Positions 10,631 to 21,315 are shown, counted from the first letter of the stretch. The stretch is 64,000 nt of DNA from Candidatus Hydrothermarchaeales archaeon (GCA_036444275.1 JAZGAD010000047.1:1-64000); one strand, 5' to 3'. Program-made: numbers and translations. The notes: generated by a model from the letters alone, not told the origin.

Positions 10631-11553
<923 letters not shown>

Positions 11554-11554
<1 letters not shown>

Positions 11555-12015
11555 TGGTCAAGGACATAAGGGTCAGGAAGATAAAGAGTGGAACAGTAAT
11601 AGACCACATCGCTCCTGGGCAGGCCATGAACGTCCTCAAGATCATCGGTATAACTGAGGAGTATCCCAAGACTACGTTAACTGTAGCCATGAACGTCCCA
11701 TCTAGAAAGGCCGGCACAAAGGATATAGTAAAGGTGGAAGGCAGGGAGTTAAGGGCAGAGGAAGTGGACAAGATCTCCCTTATCGCCCCAAATGCAATAA
11801 TAAACATAATCCGGGATTACGACGTTGTTGAAAAAAAAGAAGTAAGCATTCCAGATAGAGTAGAGGGCGTGCTGCGCTGCGCTAATCCCAACTGTATAAC
11901 CAACTCTGAAGGGATAAAATCCAAATTCATCGTAGAGCGAAAAGAACCCATAAAAATTCGCTGCACCTACTGTGAGCGCATTATGGAAGAAGAGGATCTC
12001 GTGAGGCAGTTCTGA
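11554..12015 (+). CDS. pyrI: Aspartate carbamoyltransferase regulatory subunit
   Basis: GTVIDHI, KDIVKVE, CANPNCIT and CTYCE Zn ligands; TAATG coupling to pyrB. Confidence 0.96.
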
Positions 12016-12050
12016 TCCACGGATCAACCTTGGAGGTTAGAACGCTGCAG

Positions 12051-12064
12051 AAAAATCAATTTTT
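12051..12064. repeat. Palindromic 14-mer AAAAATCAATTTTT, left copy
   Basis: Identical copy at 18659-18672; both lie between convergent genes at the ends of an accessory block. Confidence 0.6.
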
Positions 12065-12176
12065 CATTCGTTTAAGTATATATTTGCTCTTCTTCTCAGC
12101 AACCATCTATTAGTTCCTATTGGTTGGCAATCATAGCCTTGATTACTAAGTTCGATTATTTCCTTTTCGGTTGAAA

Positions 12177-13298
12177 CTATCTTGCCTTTGTTTTTCTAAC
12201 GTGGCATGCTGCTGCGAGCTCCACGAATCCACCGCATCGTGGACATGTCATGACAGACGTTGCCGTATAAGTAAGGGAAGACGGTACGCCAGAACAGGCA
12301 CCACACACCACGATATTGCACTTCGGACAATATCTAGCTGCCCTTCTTGCTATATCTGGAGTCCATATCGGGATTGTGTCAGAGCCTAGAGGCCTACCCA
12401 ATGCCATACATGCCCTACCACACTTTTTGCATTCTACTGCAAAAGAACTATTGGTGTGTTCAGCATTCTCGAGCTTCTCAAACTTTTCTTTATGTTCCCT
12501 TTCGTATGCCTTTACAGCTTCTTTGGCTTTCTTGGTGCGAAATTTCCTTAGTGCTCTGAGAGCATCTTCAGGGTCCCACTTAGTCTTAAGAGCCTGAATA
12601 AGTGGTTCTACAGCTCGGCTGTCTCCTATCTCTCCAAGAGCCTCTGCGGCTTTACGTCGAACATCGCTATCTTTATGCTTCAAGGCTTTTATCAGCCCCT
12701 CAACGTCTTTCTTCTCCACTAACATCTTAGCCCAAGATTCAGGGTCCTCTTCAAGCTTTTTGCGAGCAACATCTTCCTTTATCTTTTCAAGAGCCTCTAA
12801 TGCCCTCAATCGAAGCTTTTCATCCTTAATATCATCGATGATAGGTTTTAATCCTATGAGAGCTTTTGCCGCTGCCTCCCGAGGTTTTTGTTTTTTATCC
12901 TTTAAAGCCTGAATGAGAGGCTCTATCGCTCTGGCGTCTCCTATCCTTCCAAGAGCCTTCGCGGCTCTAACTCGAATATCCCACTCTGCACTCTTTAAAG
13001 CCTGAATGAGGGGCTCTATCGCCCTTTTATCTTTCATCTTTATCAGGGCTTCTATCGCAACTTTCCGAACACCCTTATATACGTACTTTAGGTCCTCATC
13101 CAATGCAACCTGAATGAGTGGTTCTACTGCCCTTGTATCACCTATACTGCCAAGAGCCTCTGCCGCTTTCTCACCCGTAATTCCATCTAGAACTTCTGAA
13201 TAATTCTTATCCTTGAGAGCTTTTATCAGCCCATCAACATCTTTCTTAGCTTTCATCTTTTCAACATTCGGCTTAAATAACGAATCAAATATTCCCAT
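12177..13298 (-). CDS. HEAT/PBS-lyase repeat protein with C-terminal Cys-rich Zn-binding domain
   Basis: Repeated [19 protein letters not shown] units; CKKC, CPKC, CGAC, CPRC at C-terminus. Confidence 0.85.
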   Translation of the reverse strand: MGIFDSLFKPNVEKMKAKKDVDGLIKALKDKNYSEVLDGITGEKAAEALGSIGDTRAVEPLIQVALDEDLKYVYKGVRKVAIEALIKMKDKRAIEPLIQALKSAEWDIRVRAAKALGRIGDARAIEPLIQALKDKKQKPREAAAKALIGLKPIIDDIKDEKLRLRALEALEKIKEDVARKKLEEDPESWAKMLVEKKDVEGLIKALKHKDSDVRRKAAEALGEIGDSRAVEPLIQALKTKWDPEDALRALRKFRTKKAKEAVKAYEREHKEKFEKLENAEHTNSSFAVECKKCGRACMALGRPLGSDTIPIWTPDIARRAARYCPKCNIVVCGACSGVPSSLTYTATSVMTCPRCGGFVELAAACHVRKTKAR

Positions 13299-13369
13299 TT
13301 TTTACCTCTAAAATTCTAATCTGCTTTTCCACGTATAAACATCATTTTGGATTTATAATTCCTATCACT

Positions 13370-14989
13370 TTATATTCTCCTTCGCCTCACAAAATATGCC
13401 ACTGCTAGCAATCCAGCTAATGCCACTGTAGCCAGTCCAACTACTGCGAGCACTGCTTCGAATCCAGGCTGTTCAAGATTCTCACGGGCTAGTTCCCTAT
13501 TTTGCAACGCTATCTCATGTGTTGGATCTATCTCAAGTGCCTTATCGTATGCATCTATAGCCTCTGCGTATCTACCTAAACGAGCAAGAAGCAATCCCTT
13601 GTTGTGCCATGCATCCACATCTCTTGGATCTATCTCAAGCGCCTTATCATATGCATCTATAGCCTCTTCATACCTGCCTAATTCATCTAAAGCAAGTCCT
13701 TTGTTGAACCATGTCCCCTCATTTTGTGGGTCTAGCTCGATAGCTTTATTACAGGCTGTTATAGCTTCCTCATACCTGCCCAAATCAAGTAGAGCAGCTC
13801 CTTTGTTGTGCCATGCATCCACATCTCTTGGATCTATCTCAAGCGCCTTGTCGAGTGCATTTATGGCCTCGTCGTACCTGCCTAACTCACCAAGAATCCG
13901 TCCTTTGTTGCTCCATGCTTCTTTTAGAGTGGAGTCTATCTCAAGCGCCTTATCATATGCCTCTATAGCCTCTTCATATCTATCCAAATGAAGAAGAGTA
14001 ACTCCTTTACCATACCATGCTTCTTTTAGAGTGGAGTCTATCTCAAGCGCCTTATCATATGCCTCTATAGCCTCTGCGTATCTACCTAGACTAGCAAGGA
14101 CAATCCCCTTGTTGTACAATGCTTTCGTGTCGTTTGGGTTGATCTCAATCGCCTCGTCGTATGCTTTTATAGCATTTGCAAGATCGGTATCATCCCACCA
14201 CCTATCACTCTGATTTGAGTCTATTGACACAGGATCTGACGGTACGCCACCTGGTTCCACGACAGAGGTCTGATACTGTTCTACTACCACGGTTTTTGTC
14301 TTAGCCAGGTCCGAGAGCTCAACTGCACCATCGAAAACAGTGACGATGGTGGTGCCGTCTTCAGCCACCTCTAAGGTGTATTCAGTTCCACGGCGTCCTG
14401 TAGTGGAAGTAGGCGTGTGAATCTCATGTTTATGTTTAACCCGAAATTTTTCTATTGTTCCTCTCCAGAATGTATGGACCTTGCCCCACCAGATTTTCAG
14501 CACGGACCCCGTCTCTTTAAGTTCCACAACTTCTATTTTGGTGTTTTCACCGACATTTACCCGCGTCTCATCACCAAATGACAGCTCCGCTCGCTGGTTC
14601 TTTCCTGTAACCGTAGTATCTCCTGTTTTTATTGTTTGTGTTCTGTAGCCAGGAGTCGTATGTTCCCTTGTTTCTGTTCTGTATACAGGCCTCTTAAAAC
14701 ATGTGTCTGACTTTTCTTTTCTGTAGACGGCCTTCTCAAAACACGTCTCTTTTGTTCTTCCTCCCCCTATCCGTGGAAAGGAAGAGCATATAGTTTCGTA
14801 ATGGTCAATCACAAACTCAGTAAGGCACAAAGGTTCTTCGTAATGGTCAATCACAAGATAGGACAGAGTCATCGTTTTCCAGGTCCGCATCTCTATCGTC
14901 TCAGACCCCGACTCAGCACTCGCAGCTCCAACGAATACCGACACCAGCATTACGATTGCAAAAACACTCACAGCAGGTTTTCTTACCAC
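13370..14989 (-). CDS. Secreted FecR-like domain + TPR repeat protein with PGF-CTERM anchor
   Basis: Signal peptide (VSVFAIVMLVSVFVGAASA), FecR-like motifs (IKTGD, IHTPTSTTGRRGTEY, VTVFDGAV), six full 34-aa TPRs, QPGFEA-TM-RRRR tail; GTG start inferred. Confidence 0.82.
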   Translation of the reverse strand: MVRKPAVSVFAIVMLVSVFVGAASAESGSETIEMRTWKTMTLSYLVIDHYEEPLCLTEFVIDHYETICSSFPRIGGGRTKETCFEKAVYRKEKSDTCFKRPVYRTETREHTTPGYRTQTIKTGDTTVTGKNQRAELSFGDETRVNVGENTKIEVVELKETGSVLKIWWGKVHTFWRGTIEKFRVKHKHEIHTPTSTTGRRGTEYTLEVAEDGTTIVTVFDGAVELSDLAKTKTVVVEQYQTSVVEPGGVPSDPVSIDSNQSDRWWDDTDLANAIKAYDEAIEINPNDTKALYNKGIVLASLGRYAEAIEAYDKALEIDSTLKEAWYGKGVTLLHLDRYEEAIEAYDKALEIDSTLKEAWSNKGRILGELGRYDEAINALDKALEIDPRDVDAWHNKGAALLDLGRYEEAITACNKAIELDPQNEGTWFNKGLALDELGRYEEAIDAYDKALEIDPRDVDAWHNKGLLLARLGRYAEAIDAYDKALEIDPTHEIALQNRELARENLEQPGFEAVLAVVGLATVALAGLLAVAYFVRRRRI

Positions 14990-15088
14990 ACAATTTAGAG
15001 CTCTTAGGAATCCGGGCATGGTTCTCACATCTTTAAAGGCTATCCATGGGGATTCGTAACTACTTATCGGACACCGCCCCACAGGCCA

Positions 15089-15745
15089 CTATCTTTTAGT
15101 TTCTATTGCAACGCCACGGTAACACCTGTCCTTTATCTCACGGTCAGTTATTTTTTCACAAATACTAGCGTCTTTAGCTTCTTCTGCAACGATGCTGTAA
15201 CAGGTGTCCTTATTCTCACTGTCAGTTATTTTTTCACAAATACTAGCGTCTTTAGCTTCTGCTGCAACGCCAATGTAACACGAGTCCTTTATCTCACGGT
15301 CAGTTATTTTTTCACACAGACTAACATCTTTAGTTTCTTCTGCAACTTCACCGTAACAGATGTCCTTAACGCCCTTATCAAAATTGCCAGTTATTTTTTC
15401 ACAAAGACTAACATCTTTAGTTTCTGCTGCAACGCCAATGTAACAAAAACCCTTATCAAAATTGCCAGTTATTTTTTCACAAAGACTAACATCTTTAGTT
15501 TCTACTGCAACGTCACTGTAACAGACGTCCTTATCAATACTGTCAGTTATTTTTTCACAATCACCAGCAGTTTTGGTTAGCACTTTTTCAGTGGGCAGAG
15601 CTTTCTCTTCCGATGGAGGGGTTGTTTCTCCTGGTAGCGTTCCTGCTCCTGTTTTTTCCCCAACACATCCTCCCACTACTAGAACTAAACCAATAAGTAA
15701 AACGATTGAAACCGTTAAACCAAACTTCTTTTCCAACCGCCCCAT
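15089..15745 (-). CDS. Lipoprotein with six Cys-pair tandem repeats
   Basis: Lipobox-like VVGGC after hydrophobic stretch, Pro/Thr linker, six CEKIT...CY repeats. Confidence 0.8.
   Translation of the reverse strand: MGRLEKKFGLTVSIVLLIGLVLVVGGCVGEKTGAGTLPGETTPPSEEKALPTEKVLTKTAGDCEKITDSIDKDVCYSDVAVETKDVSLCEKITGNFDKGFCYIGVAAETKDVSLCEKITGNFDKGVKDICYGEVAEETKDVSLCEKITDREIKDSCYIGVAAEAKDASICEKITDSENKDTCYSIVAEEAKDASICEKITDREIKDRCYRGVAIETKR
15092..15559 (-). repeat. Intragenic tandem repeat, ~78 bp unit x6
   Basis: Recurrent cagttattttttcaca and ctttag(t/c)ttct elements. Confidence 0.85.
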
Positions 15746-15872
15746 GTTGAATACCTCCGGTCTTATATCACAACCCCGAATATTTAAACTTTACTAAAAC
15801 TTTACTACATACAAGTAGCCTTAGAAATATTCAACAACTTTAAATTTCTTTAAAAAATTTACTTCATGAGGT

Positions 15873-15889
15873 GTGCACTAATCGTGCAC
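15873..15889. promoter_or_regulatory. GTGCAC-N5-GTGCAC palindrome, candidate autoregulatory operator of HxlR-like gene
   Basis: Two GTGCAC half-sites immediately before ATG 15891; a second inverted repeat TAAATTT-N7-AAATTTA at 15841-15861. Confidence 0.4.
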
Positions 15890-15890
15890 C

Positions 15891-16148
15891 ATGAACAAAC
15901 TCATAGAGGTAGTTAGCCGTAAAGGTGCAGAAGAAATCTTACATTTGCTTGAGGATGAGGGGAAATACTACATGCAGATAGAAACGAATGTTGGTCTAAA
16001 CTCAAGAACTTTGGTGACAAGATTACGGGAGCTATCAAAAATCGGATTAATTGAAAGAAAAGTCAGAGACAATAGGAGGGTTCTGTACAGCATTACAGAA
16101 AGAGGAAGAAGAGCCGTTGAAAAACTGCGTGAATTTCAAAAAATATGA
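15891..16148 (+). CDS. HxlR-family winged-helix transcriptional regulator
   Basis: SRTLVTRLREL..IGLIER...RRVLYSITERG pattern. Confidence 0.82.
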   Translation: MNKLIEVVSRKGAEEILHLLEDEGKYYMQIETNVGLNSRTLVTRLRELSKIGLIERKVRDNRRVLYSITERGRRAVEKLREFQKI

Positions 16149-16244
16149 GAATTTTTTGCTCTCATTTTATAAACCCCCAATCCTTTGCCTCATCGAAAAC
16201 AGCGTACATTTTTGCCTCCTATCTCCAATTCATATCGCCACCCA

Positions 16245-17027
16245 TCAGTCCCATTTAAATAGATCCTCCAGCGACAGTCTTTTCAGGTATTTCGTGTCTA
16301 TGGCGACTGTAAGGTCTCCAAGCTTGTCCATAAGTTCCTCGATTTCTTCCTTGGTTCTCCCGGTTTTCCTTACCAAAGTGCTAACCGGCGTGTTCAACAG
16401 ATTTACTATTCTTTCGTCCCCGATGCTCTCGTAGTTGCTCCTGCTTACTTCAACGGCGCACGCCATCTCCGCCTTTCTTATAAGTTCTGCAAGCTTAAGC
16501 GTGGAGATGCCTACCACTTTGGATAACTCCAGGGCTTCCTTTCCGACTAAGTCGCCTATCCTCCTTATCCCAGCGGATGCCAAGCTCTCCTTCCTCTTCT
16601 CTCTCACCCCATCGATGTAGACAACGCTCAGCTCCACCAGCGAAAAAACGGCGCACCTATATTCTATCTTATAGCACCCGGCGATGTTTATTCCCCTGCC
16701 GCTCTTCAACGTCGCCACGTTCTTAAACGCTGTTCCTCCCTCCGTCAATACGCTCTCGACGAGCAACTGAGTTGTACCGGTATTCTCCAAGCGGAACCAC
16801 ACCGGCAGGGGGTCTATCCGTCTCCAGTAGGGTAGAAGAGTTAAATAGAATGCGCCGACTTCAAGATTGATTTCTTCCGTTGACCGATAATCCTCAAGCC
16901 GCCAGCTCTCTGCCACCTTGTTATCCAGATATCCTATCTTTTTCACCTCAACGCCGTCTATCCTAACCGCCACGTCAGGGTCAGTGATCGTCACTTTTAC
17001 AAATGCTCCTTCTGTTGGGCTGTTCAT
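16245..17027 (-). CDS. Hypothetical protein, unknown N-domain + C-terminal helix-hairpin-helix (DUF4332/RadA-N-like)
   Basis: YIDGV.....LASAGIRRIGDL, LSKVVGIS HhH-like motifs; paralog of 17024-17803. Confidence 0.7.
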   Translation of the reverse strand: MNSPTEGAFVKVTITDPDVAVRIDGVEVKKIGYLDNKVAESWRLEDYRSTEEINLEVGAFYLTLLPYWRRIDPLPVWFRLENTGTTQLLVESVLTEGGTAFKNVATLKSGRGINIAGCYKIEYRCAVFSLVELSVVYIDGVREKRKESLASAGIRRIGDLVGKEALELSKVVGISTLKLAELIRKAEMACAVEVSRSNYESIGDERIVNLLNTPVSTLVRKTGRTKEEIEELMDKLGDLTVAIDTKYLKRLSLEDLFKWD

Positions 17028-17803
17028 CTTCCCTTCACCCTCCCAAAGATGTCTCTTAATCTAAGCGTCTTGAAAACCTGGACAATGAGGGCCTGGGATA
17101 GATTGTCCAGCTGCGAAAGAAGTTTTTCTGCGTCTCCCTCGGTTGCACCGCTTTCTTCAGCTATCTTGGCGGCGCTCCACTTCAGGACAGCCCTCACGTA
17201 TCTATCGCCGATTTCAGCGAACTTGTCCTGCTCTACCGAGATGTTGCATAGCAGTCTTGCCCTGTCGAGTATAATACCGGTATTATCTCCAAAAACCCGG
17301 GATATCTGTGCATACTTATCTTTGTTTAGCAAGTCCTTTACTATGACTATACCATTTTCCACAAGCTTCTTCAGGTGTTCTACCGTGACACCATTGATTT
17401 TAGTGGCGTCTAGCCAGCCTAGCCAAAAACACAACAGCCTGTATTCCAAGTTCAGGCACGCAGGCACAGGAAGATTCTTTCCTCTTTCTATAATGCCCAA
17501 GTCCTTGAACTGCATCTCCTTTCCCTTTTGCAACTCACTTAAGACGCATTTTGCGATCAACTTCCTCTTGCCGTTATTGTATACCTTGAACCACACCGGG
17601 AGAGGATCTACTATTTCAAAATACGGCCAGAGCCTCAGGTAGAATTTCCCATCTTTGAGGTCTATGTCATCTGTAGATTGATAATTTCCAAGTCGCCACA
17701 CCCTCCCTACTACCGCATCATTCTTTGTTCTCCTCCTTTCCACGCTTACTCTATCCACAACGTCTGGGTCGGCTATCCTTATTTTGACAACATATTTTGG
17801 CAT
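17024..17803 (-). CDS. Hypothetical protein, paralog of downstream gene, C-terminal HhH-like region
   Basis: Shared DPDV, WRL..Y.ST, FYL.L.PY, DPLPVWF, EYR motifs; KINGV....LVENGI..VKDLL; ATGA overlap with next gene; start taken at MPKYVVK. Confidence 0.7.
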   Translation of the reverse strand: MPKYVVKIRIADPDVVDRVSVERRRTKNDAVVGRVWRLGNYQSTDDIDLKDGKFYLRLWPYFEIVDPLPVWFKVYNNGKRKLIAKCVLSELQKGKEMQFKDLGIIERGKNLPVPACLNLEYRLLCFWLGWLDATKINGVTVEHLKKLVENGIVIVKDLLNKDKYAQISRVFGDNTGIILDRARLLCNISVEQDKFAEIGDRYVRAVLKWSAAKIAEESGATEGDAEKLLSQLDNLSQALIVQVFKTLRLRDIFGRVKGR

Positions 17804-17887
17804 TTCAATCTCGTCTCTTACAATATAATCTTGAAACAAGATTTGAGTGTTTATCGTTCTTAAGCTTTTCTTTTGAACCTTTCAAGT

Positions 17888-18061
17888 ATGAAACAAGATT
17901 ATTTTGCACAGGCGAAGGTGACGGTGAGGAAGCAGATAGCGATCCCGAAGAAAGTCCGAGAGAAGCTAGGCGGCGTTGAAGAGGGGGACTACCTGCTCTT
18001 CTACGAGGAAGGCGGGAGGATATACGTCGAGAAGGGTGTGCTAGTCCTGAAGAGCAGATAG
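17888..18061 (+). CDS. AbrB/MazE/SpoVT family DNA-binding protein
   Basis: AKVTVRKQIAIPKKVREKLG.VEEGDYLLF signature. Confidence 0.85.
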   Translation: MKQDYFAQAKVTVRKQIAIPKKVREKLGGVEEGDYLLFYEEGGRIYVEKGVLVLKSR

Positions 18062-18285
18062 AATGAGGATTATGGAAAGGCTCATACTTCCTAGGATCTA
18101 GAAATGAGCTTGATTCTCCTTTTATTTGTTTAGAACTGAATATAGATGAGTGATAGGAAGTGTTAAACAACACAACTTTCTACCTCCTCGACATTCCTCT
18201 ATTAGTACCTCATATACTTAAAAGTAACGTCTTTAGCACGTCTACTATTCTTAACGTGTTTCAACTTATTTTTCTAGTGGTGTTT

Positions 18286-18468
18286 ATGTCTGAGAGGATT
18301 ATCAGCAAAAAGGCTAAGAAATTGGTGCGGTGGCATGATAACTACGTTGTTTTTGTAACTCCTGAGGCTAAGCAGGCTAATTGGAACGAGAAGACAATTG
18401 TCAAAGTCTCTTTGGTAGAGAAGAATGGGGAAAAGAAGATTATTATAGAAAAAGGCATGGAACTTTAA
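18286..18468 (+). CDS. Small basic protein, possible divergent AbrB-like swapped hairpin
   Basis: GGTG RBS before ATG 18286; KLVRW..NYVVFVTPEAKQ..W....IVKVSL...KIIIEK pattern. Confidence 0.5.
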   Translation: MSERIISKKAKKLVRWHDNYVVFVTPEAKQANWNEKTIVKVSLVEKNGEKKIIIEKGMEL

Positions 18469-18658
18469 TAAGGTAAAAAAATCTAGCTGAGACCTTCCCC
18501 TCCACAAAACGTTAAATTTAATCGCTCTTATACGCTATGCGTCTGATGAGCTATGGAGCGATACATTTTCCGGGACCACTAAATATTAAAATACCTTGGA
18601 TGAGTTGTAAAGTGGATATGAGCAAACATGTTTAACCAAATGGGAAGTTGAACTTCGC

Positions 18659-18672
18659 AAAAATCAATTTTT
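18659..18672. repeat. Palindromic 14-mer AAAAATCAATTTTT, right copy
   Basis: Identical to 12051-12064. Confidence 0.6.
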
Positions 18673-18711
18673 GTAGTTAACTGGAGAGATATATGAAATC
18701 TGCTTCAATTG

Positions 18712-19110
18712 CTACTTTCCAGCTGGTTGGAACTTGAACCCATAGTGAATTAATCCAGCATCGCCGTCCTCTTGTATCCTCCTGAATACCCGCTCCACCT
18801 TCATTCCTATCTTTACATCGCTGGACTCGCAGTTGACGATTTGGGTGGTGAAAGCAGGTCCCTCTTCAGATTTCACGATAGCCATTATATACGGGGATTG
18901 GCTCTCAAAACCCACTGGAGCTGCATGAATAATAGTATAAGTTAGTACTTCACCTCGCCCACTAAGCTTCGTTTCCTCCAGCTTGCTCTGCCTCCTGCAT
19001 TTTGGACAGAACTTCCTTGGCGGGAAATACACATTGTTGCAGTTCAGGCACTTCGTCGCTATGAGGTTATACCTGCTCGGCAGATTCCTCCAGAACCTGG
19101 GTATGCTCAT
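18712..19110 (-). CDS. DUF35 Zn-ribbon/OB-fold scaffold of the thiolase-HMG-CoA synthase complex
   Basis: CLNC...PPRKFCPKC, GLIHYGFKF; third gene of HMGS-thiolase-DUF35 operon. Confidence 0.9.
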   Translation of the reverse strand: MSIPRFWRNLPSRYNLIATKCLNCNNVYFPPRKFCPKCRRQSKLEETKLSGRGEVLTYTIIHAAPVGFESQSPYIMAIVKSEEGPAFTTQIVNCESSDVKIGMKVERVFRRIQEDGDAGLIHYGFKFQPAGK

Positions 19111-19117
19111 TATCTCG

Positions 19118-20281
19118 TCACCCCTTCTCCAGTATGTGCACTACGGCGGTGCCTCCAGAGCCGCCCACATTATGGGTCAGCCCTCTATCTGCATCTACCT
19201 GGCGCTTGCCAGCTTTTCCCCTCAATTGGAGGACTATCTCAATTGCCTGCGCCACTCCAGTAGCTCCCACAGGATGCCCCTTCGCCTTTAGCCCGCCCGA
19301 TGTATTCACAGGTATATCCCCCCCTCTTTTGGTCATACCTTCCTCAATTGCTTTCCCCCCTTCACCTATCTCAACGAAGCCCAGCTCCTCGATAGCCAGT
19401 ATCTCGCCAATAGTAAAGGCATCATGCACTTCAGCCACATGGATATCCTTCGGTCCAACCTTAGCCCTCTTATATGCCTCCTTTGCGGCGTTGACTGTTG
19501 AGTCTATTAATGCTATTCTATCCCTATCGTGCAAGGCTATACTGCTCGATGCTTGGCCGCTTCCAGTGATATACACCGGGGAGTTTCCATATTCTTTTGC
19601 CTTCTCCTCACTTGCCAGGATCATGCAGGCTGCACCGTCAGTTATGGGTGAACAGTCCAACAGCCTAAGAGGATCGGCCACCATCGGCGAAGACAGTACC
19701 TGCTCAACGGTTACATCGAATCTGAACTGGGCGTATGGATTATCCTTGGCATTGCTGTGGTTCTTGACGCTTACCATTGCGAGTTGCTCCCTTGTTGTGC
19801 CGTATTCATACATGTGCCTCCTGGCCATCATAGCATATAAACCAGGAAAAGTCATGCCCAAGAAGGCCTCCCATTCTTGGTCTGCAGCTGTAGCTAGAGT
19901 CTGCGTGGTCCTCTCAGTCAGGATATCGGTCATCTTCTCCACCCCACCTACTACGACTAGGTCATGGAAGCCGGAATTTATCGCCGCTATTCCCTGCCTT
20001 AAAGCCAAGCCCCCTGAGGCGCATGCTGCTTCCACTCTAGTTGAAGGTATAGGTGTTAAGCCTACTTGACCAGCTATTAACGAGGAAATGTGCTCCTGGT
20101 CTATGAAGCGCCCCCCAGACATGTTGCCCACGAATATCGCTTCAACATCTTTGCCGTCTACGCCTGCATCGCGAAGTGCATTTGCCCCTGCTTCAACGAA
20201 GAGATGGCTGAAGGAAGCCTCCCAATGCTCTCCGAATTTGGTTAACCCGACACCTATAACTGCAACTCTTTTCATATTCAA
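19118..20281 (-). CDS. Acetoacetyl-CoA thiolase (archaeal mevalonate pathway)
   Basis: [35 protein letters not shown]. Confidence 0.93.
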   Translation of the reverse strand: MNMKRVAVIGVGLTKFGEHWEASFSHLFVEAGANALRDAGVDGKDVEAIFVGNMSGGRFIDQEHISSLIAGQVGLTPIPSTRVEAACASGGLALRQGIAAINSGFHDLVVVGGVEKMTDILTERTTQTLATAADQEWEAFLGMTFPGLYAMMARRHMYEYGTTREQLAMVSVKNHSNAKDNPYAQFRFDVTVEQVLSSPMVADPLRLLDCSPITDGAACMILASEEKAKEYGNSPVYITGSGQASSSIALHDRDRIALIDSTVNAAKEAYKRAKVGPKDIHVAEVHDAFTIGEILAIEELGFVEIGEGGKAIEEGMTKRGGDIPVNTSGGLKAKGHPVGATGVAQAIEIVLQLRGKAGKRQVDADRGLTHNVGGSGGTAVVHILEKG

Positions 20282-21315
20282 ACCTTTATTTTCTTCCTCA
20301 ACCTGACGTAAGTGGCATAGTCTATGTACTTCTTCACTTGTATGAAGTCCTCAACATGTGGGGAGTTCCTCTTTCCCTCTATTCCATCTTCCACAAGGAT
20401 GCTGAAGGAGTCCCCTCCAGCTCCCGAGCCAAAGGACGTGATCATAATCCTTTCCCCCGGCTTGGCATCATCTAAAATTCTAGCCAGACCTAAGAGCGAC
20501 GAACCAGAGTAGGCATTCCCGATCCTGTCAACGAGAAGTCCCTTCTCCATCTGCTTCTGTGTGAAGCCCAGCATATCGGCTACCCGCCTAGGAAACTTGC
20601 CGTTAGGCTGGTGGAAGACCACGTACTGAAAGTCCCCTGGCTTTAACCCCAACTTGTCCATCAATCCTTTCGAGGCATTATAGACATGCTTGAAATAGGC
20701 TGGAGCACCAGTAAAGCGCCCGCCGTGACTTGGATAAGATTGCCCTTCCCTGCGCCAGAAGTCTGGGGTGTCAGTAGTATAGGAATATGTGCCCTCGAAG
20801 CTAGCTATGACTCCATTTCTACCGATGATGAAGGCTGCACCTCCAGCAGCAGCTGCAAATTCTAGGGCATCTCCGGGCGCCCCTTGAGCTGTATCAGCCC
20901 CAATTGCTAGACCATACTTGATCATCTTAGATGCTACTAGGCCCATGCAAGTCTGCATTGCGGCAGTGCCGGCTTTGCAGGCGAATTCATAAGACGCTGC
21001 AGTTAACTCCGGTGTTGCTTCTAGCGCTTCCGCTACTATAGTTGCCGTAGGCTTCACAGTGTAGGGATGACTCTCGGAACCGATGTAGATGGCGCCTATC
21101 TCTTGGGGATTGATGCCTGCCATTGTCAAGGCATTCCTACCCGCCTCTACTGATATCGTCGTGGTATCCTCGTCTAGATCAGGTACCGCCTTCTCTGCGA
21201 TCTGCAGGCTCTTTTTGATGTTCTCCGGGTCTTTGCCCCATACTCTAGCTATCTCCTCCACCTTTATCCTGTATCTCGGGATATAGGCTCCATAGCCAAC
21301 TATGCCTGTCTTCAT
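20278..21315 (-). CDS. Hydroxymethylglutaryl-CoA synthase
   Basis: [39 protein letters not shown]. Confidence 0.95.
   Translation of the reverse strand: MKTGIVGYGAYIPRYRIKVEEIARVWGKDPENIKKSLQIAEKAVPDLDEDTTTISVEAGRNALTMAGINPQEIGAIYIGSESHPYTVKPTATIVAEALEATPELTAASYEFACKAGTAAMQTCMGLVASKMIKYGLAIGADTAQGAPGDALEFAAAAGGAAFIIGRNGVIASFEGTYSYTTDTPDFWRREGQSYPSHGGRFTGAPAYFKHVYNASKGLMDKLGLKPGDFQYVVFHQPNGKFPRRVADMLGFTQKQMEKGLLVDRIGNAYSGSSLLGLARILDDAKPGERIMITSFGSGAGGDSFSILVEDGIEGKRNSPHVEDFIQVKKYIDYATYVRLRKKIKV

Noticed and set aside
13480-15560. Regularly spaced DNA repeats considered as a CRISPR array
   Set aside because: Units are codon-multiple (102 and ~78 bp), degenerate and lie within TPR and Cys-repeat ORFs; no unique spacers or cas genes
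18520-18575. Hammerhead-like CTGATGA followed by a short stem (GCT-ATGG-AGC)
   Set aside because: The following core reads GATA not GAAA, and no stem III or NUH cleavage site can be formed; also lacks the 5' half of a fluoride riboswitch
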